From positions 289,085 through 353,084 of the forward strand of contig CAZSGP010000001.1 in NCBI GenBank assembly GCA_964606485.1: a stretch of 64,000 bases of DNA, read 5' to 3'. This DNA comes from an uncultured Planctomycetia bacterium (lineage in GTDB: Bacteria > Omnitrophota > Gorgyraeia > 2-02-FULL-51-18). Below the pieces are notes generated by a model. The model saw nothing but the letters and a program-made list of their open reading frames with translations. It was not told where the DNA came from and searched no databases. Within the stretch, counting starts at the first letter, position 1. Every line of letters starts with the position of its first letter. A program made the position numbers and the translations under genes. Positions 57,344 through 64,000 of the stretch are shown here, piece after piece.

Positions 57344-59907
57344 TGAGACCATCCGAGCGGCTTTTGAACATTTTGTTGTTTAGCCTGTTTGCCGCGGCAG
57401 TTATTTTTGGTGTGCTGCACGGCGTGTACCAGGATTGGCAGGTGGGTGGAGTGGAGTGGTTTAATCTGGACCGGGAGAGAAATTTTCCAACATGGTTTTC
57501 AGGTTTTGTGCTTTTTTTGATGGGTTGCTCCTCTGTGGTTGCCTACTACTGGGAAAAGAAGCGATTGGCTGAGGGGGTTAAGCACTTTAAGCTGCCGGTG
57601 CTATGGTTAGGAGTGGCGTTTTTAAGCTTTTTAATGTCACTAGATGAAATGACCGCGCTTCACGAGAATATTTGCTGGCGCGAGATTCGTCAGTTTTCCG
57701 CTTCAAAAGGCGGGGGCTTCGAGCATGTCACCCAATGGCAAATTCTTTTTATCCCGCTTCTATTGATCATCTTTTCTTACTTCGCCGTGTTTTTTTTAAA
57801 TCGATTTGCTTCTAGCGCCCGCATGCGCTTTTGGGGTCTGTCGGGCCTAGGGTGCCTGCTGTTTTCTATCGCTTTGGAGGGGCTAAGAAATTGGTTTAAA
57901 CATCATGGGCACGACTTTTACAGCGCACAGGTTTTGGGTGAGGAATTATTAGAAATGTTTGGGATGTTGTTTATTTTTGGAGCCATTCAGTTCTACGTGA
58001 AAGATATTTCTAACAGCTCCGCGGGCTTAAACCCAAAGAGACTGCCAGTAGGACCTGCTTTTTTTACTCGCAAATCCGCGGGAGCTCTTTTAATACTATT
58101 TGTCGCCTTTACGTTACTCGCACTGCTTGCGTATAAAACAGCTGCGAGCTTATCGAAAAAAGGGGTGGGGGCACCCAAATTGTTTGATCAAGCTCTTCGT
58201 TCCAACTTAAAGGAGACAAACGAAAAATCGGTGGTATGGTTTGAAAATGTTGAAGGTGTTGGCAATACCTTAACTTTCGAACAGGGGGCTCAAATGGTTC
58301 GCTCCGCGCACCTAGCGCTGAAATCACCTGGCGAGACTGCTCATAGTTGGCCGCTAGATCTATCGAATGATCAAGCCCCTAGAATCGCATTTCTTTCAGT
58401 AACCACTGGTAAGTCTAGGGCCCGAGTTTTTTCTGGGACGGGCCTCGGTTACACAAAGGCTCTGGAGCAATCGATAGTAAAGGCTCGCAAGGTTTTTAAA
58501 AACTCTCAGAAAAATTTATGGGTTAAGCTGGATATCGTTTCAGAGGTCAGAGTTGCGGCTTCTAATAACCCGGATGATTTTGAAGGGCTTAGTTTTGGTC
58601 TAGAGGGTATTGCCACCGGCAAACCGTCGCCTTCCGCGCTTATACCGGAAGTTCTTTCCTCGCGCGGTTACATCAGTTCCGCGGGCCGCCCCACCTCAAA
58701 GCTTACGGAATGGATCTCCAATAGAAAAGAAGCCCAAAACATTTTCCGCTTTAAAACAAAAAGTTATTTTAGCGACAAAGATACGGTTGTGGAGCTCTAT
58801 AGGGGTCATCGGGTGTACGATCAGCTGAGTCGAGAGATTTTGATGGATTCAGCAAAACGCGCAGGCGAATACCTTGTGAGAAATACGGATGAGAACGGAC
58901 GATTTAATTATATTTATAAGCCCGAAGTGAACCGGGTGATAAATTCATATAACGTGGTGCGTCATGCGGGAACCCTCTATTCAATGATGGAGCTTTATGA
59001 GGCGGCACCGGATCCAGAGCTTTTATCGGCCGCCACCCGCGCTATTAGCCACTTATTGAGTTATGCGCGACCTGTGGAGACTCGTTTGGGCAATGCGCTT
59101 GCAATTGTGGACGGGACGAGTGTGAAACTTGGAGCCAATGCTCTGACGGTTGTTGCATTATCAAAGTATATGCAAGTCACCGGAGACCGTAAAGAGGCGG
59201 ATAAGTTAATCAAGCTCGGCCTTTATATTCGAGATTCACAACTAGAATCTGGCGAGTTTATTTGTAAACGAGAGCACCCTAGCGGCAATCAAATTCCATT
59301 TCAATCGGAGTACTACCCCGGCGAAGCTATATTGGCCATGGTCAGGCTCTATGAACATGATCCGCAACCTTACTGGCTAGACAGCGCCCAAAAAGCTACC
59401 GATTTTCTGATTCATGTCAGGGATAAGGGTTTAGCGACGGAAAAGCTCATCCATGATCATTGGCTTATTATGGGATTAAATGCTCTGGCTGAACACAGAC
59501 CGGACGCTAGTCATACCCAGCATGCCCTTCGAATTGCGGAGGCTATTATGAAGAGCCAGATTCAACATTCAGCCATAGAAGATTATATCGGGGGATGGGG
59601 CGAGCCCCCGCGGGCTACGCCTGCCGCTACTCGAAGCGAAGGTTTGATAGCGGCTTATCGAATAGCCGAGCGGCAAGGAATGAATGATTTTAAAATTAAG
59701 GTAATGGACTCGCTGGGGAAGGCTGTCAAATTTCAGCTAGGAAACCAATTTGGGTCCGAATCTTCCATGTATATGCCATTCCCAAAAAAATCAATCGGCG
59801 CCTATCGCCGTAGTCATTTATCCTACGAGACACGAATTGACTATAGCCAACATAACATCTCTAGTTTAATAGGGTTATGTAGTATTCTTAATAAGTTAGA
59901 AGATTAA
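57340..59907 (+). CDS. Membrane protein with a large C-terminal soluble alpha-helical (toroid-like) domain
   Basis: About 280 aa N-terminal transmembrane region. ATGA overlap with the upstream ORF. No confident domain assignment. Confidence 0.5.
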   Translation: MMRPSERLLNILLFSLFAAAVIFGVLHGVYQDWQVGGVEWFNLDRERNFPTWFSGFVLFLMGCSSVVAYYWEKKRLAEGVKHFKLPVLWLGVAFLSFLMSLDEMTALHENICWREIRQFSASKGGGFEHVTQWQILFIPLLLIIFSYFAVFFLNRFASSARMRFWGLSGLGCLLFSIALEGLRNWFKHHGHDFYSAQVLGEELLEMFGMLFIFGAIQFYVKDISNSSAGLNPKRLPVGPAFFTRKSAGALLILFVAFTLLALLAYKTAASLSKKGVGAPKLFDQALRSNLKETNEKSVVWFENVEGVGNTLTFEQGAQMVRSAHLALKSPGETAHSWPLDLSNDQAPRIAFLSVTTGKSRARVFSGTGLGYTKALEQSIVKARKVFKNSQKNLWVKLDIVSEVRVAASNNPDDFEGLSFGLEGIATGKPSPSALIPEVLSSRGYISSAGRPTSKLTEWISNRKEAQNIFRFKTKSYFSDKDTVVELYRGHRVYDQLSREILMDSAKRAGEYLVRNTDENGRFNYIYKPEVNRVINSYNVVRHAGTLYSMMELYEAAPDPELLSAATRAISHLLSYARPVETRLGNALAIVDGTSVKLGANALTVVALSKYMQVTGDRKEADKLIKLGLYIRDSQLESGEFICKREHPSGNQIPFQSEYYPGEAILAMVRLYEHDPQPYWLDSAQKATDFLIHVRDKGLATEKLIHDHWLIMGLNALAEHRPDASHTQHALRIAEAIMKSQIQHSAIEDYIGGWGEPPRATPAATRSEGLIAAYRIAERQGMNDFKIKVMDSLGKAVKFQLGNQFGSESSMYMPFPKKSIGAYRRSHLSYETRIDYSQHNISSLIGLCSILNKLED

Positions 59908-59950
59908 AAATTAACAATACTTATAATTTAATAAATATTATAATTGAATA

Positions 59951-59978
59951 TTGACATTTATTAAATATAATATATAAT
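59951..59978 (+). promoter_or_regulatory. Consensus sigma70 promoter TTGACA-16-TATAAT inside an AT-rich tract, upstream of the minor-pilin operon
   Basis: Exact -35 and -10 hexamers with a 16-nt spacer. About 65 nt upstream of ATG 60046, which has an AAGGAGA ribosome-binding site. Confidence 0.5.
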
Positions 59979-60045
59979 TTAATTAGAATTGATGCAATAA
60001 TAGGTTTGAGATTTTGATGTCAAAAAACTGTCCAAGGAGAGTCAT

Positions 60046-60612
<567 letters not shown>

Positions 60613-60641
60613 TTATGAGCAGTAGAAGAAAAGGAGTTTTT

Positions 60642-61130
60642 GTGAAAAGCGCAGATAGATCGGGATTCACGTTGGTAGAGGTACTGCTTGCATCGGTGCT
60701 AGCGATCGTGGCCCTTACGGCTGTAGGGCTCCTGATTACCGACAGCGGTGTTTTTGCTTCGCGAAACAACCGATCGAATGTATATGCGTTAAACGCTGTT
60801 CGTGAGCAAATTGAAGATATTCGCAACACCAACTTCGATACTCTCATCGGTTATGGTAGCCCCTATTCGTTTACCAACGCTCAGTTGGCTATGATCCCTG
60901 GGGCAATTGGGAGTGTTGTTTTGGCTGATGCGGCAGGAAGTGATATTAAAAAGATCACCGTCTCTGTTACCTGGGTTGGAGCGAAAGGAGAAAGCCTTTC
61001 TACGAGTGCAACGACTCAAATTTCTCGCTCCGGGATCAATAGTGGATCCGGTGTTGCAAGAAGCCCATCTGGCGGCGATGATGACGATGACGATGATGAC
61101 GACGATGACGGCGATGACGACGATGATTAG
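60642..61130 (+). CDS. Paralogous GspI/PilV-like minor pilin with a shorter poly-Asp tail
   Basis: GTG start with an AAGGAG ribosome-binding site. RSGFTLVEVLLASVLAIV. About 60% identical to the upstream paralogue. Tail D11-G-D5. Confidence 0.8.
   Translation: MKSADRSGFTLVEVLLASVLAIVALTAVGLLITDSGVFASRNNRSNVYALNAVREQIEDIRNTNFDTLIGYGSPYSFTNAQLAMIPGAIGSVVLADAAGSDIKKITVSVTWVGAKGESLSTSATTQISRSGINSGSGVARSPSGGDDDDDDDDDDDGDDDDD
61077..61127 (+). repeat. In-frame (GAY)n repeat encoding D11-G-D5
   Basis: Direct reading. Confidence 0.9.
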
Positions 61131-61172
61131 TCCTAGAAAAGAGGGCGGCTCTTTTGGTGCGTGCGTGGTTAG

Positions 61173-61787
61173 GTGGATGGTTTTGTGGAGGTGAGAGGCC
61201 GTAGTGGGTTTACAGTAGTTCAAACCCTAACCGCTTTGTCTCTGAGCGTACTGGTGCTAGGGGCATTTCTGACCGCATTTTTTGGAATGAGAAACTCATT
61301 GTTTGCTCAAGACAGTTATTTTACCTCCAACCGAACCGGTTATTACGCAATCAACGTACTTTCGAAGGATGTTCGAGAGGCTATTGCAATTGAAAGTAGC
61401 TATGGAAGCGACACAACCGGAACATCCGTGCTGATTCTTCGGTTACCGAGTATTAGCGCCTTAGAGATTCCTACGGATATTACGAGTCAATATGACTACG
61501 TTACTTATAAGTTAAGCGGCACGAATCTTACGCGCACATTGGATGTTTTGGGAGGCACAAGCAACCGTAACGGCGGTAGTGACATTAGCGGAAAAATTAT
61601 CGCGAGGAATATTACGGCGTTTACACTTTCCACATCATCTGGCACGGCGTTTAGCAGCTTGAGCTCGTCACAGATAGAAGCATTAAGTTTTTTTAATGTG
61701 GCGTTGACGTCATCCGAAACAATCGCCGGAAGGGCCCGAACTATGGTTGCCGACTCCAATATGAAACTCATGAATTATGGCACATAA
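61173..61787 (+). CDS. Minor pilin (GspJ/PilW-like) with a prepilin-like N-terminus
   Basis: RGRSGFTVVQTLTALSLSVLVL has a hydrophobic N-terminal helix but Gln in place of Glu5. Ser/Thr-rich. Alternative GTG starts at 61185 and 61191. Confidence 0.55.
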   Translation: MDGFVEVRGRSGFTVVQTLTALSLSVLVLGAFLTAFFGMRNSLFAQDSYFTSNRTGYYAINVLSKDVREAIAIESSYGSDTTGTSVLILRLPSISALEIPTDITSQYDYVTYKLSGTNLTRTLDVLGGTSNRNGGSDISGKIIARNITAFTLSTSSGTAFSSLSSSQIEALSFFNVALTSSETIAGRARTMVADSNMKLMNYGT

Positions 61788-63063
61788 GCAGCCTTGTCCC
61801 ATGTTTAAAAAAATGAATAATCAAAGCGGAATGACACTTTTAACGGTAATTATTTTTACTATTTTTTTGTTTGTGCTTTGTGCGACGTACATGGAGAAGT
61901 TGGCCGGAGAGAAGCGGATGACTCTTGCCACCCAAGAGGGGTTTAACGCAACCAATATTGCAGACGCGGTGGCTGAAGAAGTATTCTGGAGATACAATTA
62001 TAATAATTTTTCCACCAACGCCTCAGGGAACGGATGGTCGACGGGGGCGGGGTCGTGCGGCTCTGCCACCTCCGCTTGCACCGGATCGGTAAGTACGCCA
62101 ATCACTTTTACAGACACCAGCGGGACAACGGTCGGGAATTATTATGCCACCATTGCTGCTTATGCGACTGCTCCCATTTTGACGGTCAACACAACCTATA
62201 CCGGCGGAACTGAGAAACGCATCGGCAATACAGCTCAGATCCTGGTCGCTTACCAGGCCAAGCCAAAATATCCGGGTGCTGTTTTGGCAAAGGGACTCGT
62301 TACCTTGAGTGGGAATGGATATACCGACAGCTATGATTCTGCCGCAGGTGTGTACGGCGGCAGTAATATTAATGCCAATGGCGATATTGTTACGAATAGC
62401 GCGTCAAGCACGGCAGTCTCATGGAATGGATCATGCCACATAGAGGGAGACGCGGTTGTTGGTGTTGGCGGCGGTGTTACAGATTCATCTGACGTGAGCG
62501 GCATAGTGTCTGCCTCAGCCAATGAAACCATAAGTGATGTGACCTACTCTACTTCGGCGGTTGATGCTGGGACTCTGACTACTGATCGCGCATTCACTGC
62601 CGGCACCTATCAGTACACAGCGTGGTCGCTTGGAGGGGGGGACGATATCACGATCACCGGAGATGTTATTGTTTATTTATCCACTACCGGAACGGCACTT
62701 TCAACGACGGGCAATGCCAATGTGACGATTGCCAGCGGGTCAACGCTCACTATATATACGAAAGGAAACATTGATATGGGGGGCACCGGCATTGTTAATA
62801 ACAATGGTTCCAGTAACCCCGATACGTTGATTATAAATGGGACTAGTACCTGCACGAGTGTATCCCTTGGCGGGAACAGTGCGCTGACAGGCCTCATTAA
62901 TACTCCATATGCCGCCGTGAGTACAAGCGGTAGCACGACTCTCAACGGCGCTATTATTTGCGATACGGCCAGCTTGGGACAGCCGGTTCACTATGACGAA
63001 GATTTGTTGATTAATGGCCCAACGAATGGTTGGGAGCTTAAATGGTATCGTAAAATACGTTGA
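61777..63063 (+). CDS. Large minor pilin / tip-associated protein (GspK/PilX-like), rich in Thr/Gly/Ser
   Basis: NQSGMTLLTVIIFTIFLFVL prepilin-like helix without Glu5. 428 aa with an adhesin-like low-complexity body. Confidence 0.5.
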   Translation: MAHKQPCPMFKKMNNQSGMTLLTVIIFTIFLFVLCATYMEKLAGEKRMTLATQEGFNATNIADAVAEEVFWRYNYNNFSTNASGNGWSTGAGSCGSATSACTGSVSTPITFTDTSGTTVGNYYATIAAYATAPILTVNTTYTGGTEKRIGNTAQILVAYQAKPKYPGAVLAKGLVTLSGNGYTDSYDSAAGVYGGSNINANGDIVTNSASSTAVSWNGSCHIEGDAVVGVGGGVTDSSDVSGIVSASANETISDVTYSTSAVDAGTLTTDRAFTAGTYQYTAWSLGGGDDITITGDVIVYLSTTGTALSTTGNANVTIASGSTLTIYTKGNIDMGGTGIVNNNGSSNPDTLIINGTSTCTSVSLGGNSALTGLINTPYAAVSTSGSTTLNGAIICDTASLGQPVHYDEDLLINGPTNGWELKWYRKIR

Positions 63064-64000
63064 CCCTGATTAAAAGCATTTTAATTGTTGTTTTAACGAC
63101 TTTATCGCTATGTCCAGTCCTTAGAGCTGAGGTTGAGCTCGTCGGTAAGGGTGCTATTTTGGCCGATGCGACGGATTTATCCGGCTTGACGGGAGCTTAT
63201 GAGGATGGCACGCCGAAGAATCGTTTAGGTTCGGCCGGGTCTGGCATCACTTATACGGGCCGATCCAATCGTTATCTTTTCTTGTCAGATCGCGGGCCCG
63301 GAAACGGATCATTGGACTATCAAGCTCGTTTTCATGAGGTGGATCTGAAGTTGTCGGGCGCAGAAGTGGCAATTAATCTAAAGGCCACGACGCTTCTTAA
63401 AAGCTCTACTTCTAAGCCATACTCAGGGCTATCTTCGTCTAAGCGTCGATTGGATCCAGAATCTTTACGATTGGATTCGAGAGGCATTGTTTATATCGCA
63501 GATGAATACGGTCCCTCCATATTAAAATTTGAGCGCAAAACCGGAAAAATTATTGATCGACTCGCTATTCCCCAAAAGTTTTTGCCTTTGTATCCCGATC
63601 GCTCGCACTCCAAAGAGTTGCCGCCTCACAACACGGTTGGTCGTCAGCCGGGTCGGGGTTTTGAGGGTCTTGCGATCAGCCCAAACGGTAAAAAAATCTA
63701 CGCAATTTTACAGAATCCGCTATTGCAAGATCGGGCACTTGACGAAAAAAATAAGCGCATTGGGAAAAGTGTGAGACTGCTTGAGATTCATTTGAAAACG
63801 AGAGTTACGAAAGAATATTTGTATCTTTTAGACCATGCTCGGGGAGGGATTAGCGATATGGTTGCGGTCAGCGATACTCAGTTTCTCGTTATCGAACAAG
63901 ATTCGAAACCGGGAAATCGGGCAGAGTTTAAAAGAATTTACAAAATTGATGTCTCCGGCGCATCTGACATTTCCTCGCTGGGAGGACTTCGAAAGAGATC
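63060..64000 (+). CDS. Secreted phytase-like / esterase-like family protein (3' end outside the window)
   Basis: The frame is open from the TTG at 63060 to the window end and is absent from the ORF track because no stop occurs. Signal-peptide-like MTLIKSILIVVLTTLSLCPVLRA. The similarity to the phytase-like beta-propeller family is a call from memory. Confidence 0.45.
   Translation, partial: MTLIKSILIVVLTTLSLCPVLRAEVELVGKGAILADATDLSGLTGAYEDGTPKNRLGSAGSGITYTGRSNRYLFLSDRGPGNGSLDYQARFHEVDLKLSGAEVAINLKATTLLKSSTSKPYSGLSSSKRRLDPESLRLDSRGIVYIADEYGPSILKFERKTGKIIDRLAIPQKFLPLYPDRSHSKELPPHNTVGRQPGRGFEGLAISPNGKKIYAILQNPLLQDRALDEKNKRIGKSVRLLEIHLKTRVTKEYLYLLDHARGGISDMVAVSDTQFLVIEQDSKPGNRAEFKRIYKIDVSGASDISSLGGLRKR

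Overview
The window is a bacterial chromosomal segment with GC near 50% by eye, from a lineage I cannot identify. It has three parts. (1) Positions ~1-16811 look like the right arm of an integrated mobile element, with visibly lower GC. It carries an operon of two tetratricopeptide-repeat (TPR) proteins, a minus-strand XRE-family repressor with a palindromic operator, secreted and hypothetical cargo genes, a P4-alpha/D5-like primase-helicase, an SSB-like protein, a PIF1/RecD-like helicase and an excisionase-like HTH protein. It ends with a resolvase-domain paralogue lacking the nucleophile serine, followed by a large serine recombinase (LSR) whose last 40 nt overlap the start of miaB. No capsid, tail or terminase genes are seen, so it may be satellite-like. 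(2) Positions 16772-43136 are a syntenic housekeeping block: miaB, a SPOR-domain protein, miaA, hflX, an ORF6N-domain gene, spoVG, yraN, comM, a secreted protein with BNR repeats, an aa3-type cytochrome c oxidase operon coxB-A-C-IV plus two tiny membrane ORFs, a CoA-binding protein, yggS, proC, yggT, ileS, a dksA/traR-like gene, lspA, lgt, rluD, aroA, and mreBCD-mrdA-rodA. (3) Positions 43209-63063 are an unusual type IV pilus (T4P)/T2SS-like locus. It begins with a membrane protein whose GGDEF motif is degenerate (SDDDF), then pilT, a standalone MshEN domain (a c-di-GMP-binding domain type) and two tandem pilB extension ATPases, then pilC, a TMTC/PMT-like GT-C glycosyltransferase with TPRs, and a pilin. 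A 7.6 kb AT-flanked block follows: an atypical kinase, a 1266-aa membrane protein fusing a spermidine-synthase-like domain to a metallo-beta-lactamase-fold (MBL) lactonase-like domain, and a membrane alpha-domain protein. Last comes a four-gene minor-pilin operon. Its two GspI/PilV-like members end in 17-40-residue poly-aspartate (plus His-Gly) tails encoded by in-frame GAY codon repeats. I consider those tails the most novel feature in the window. The window ends in a partial secreted phytase-like protein. I found no rRNA, tRNA or CRISPR array.
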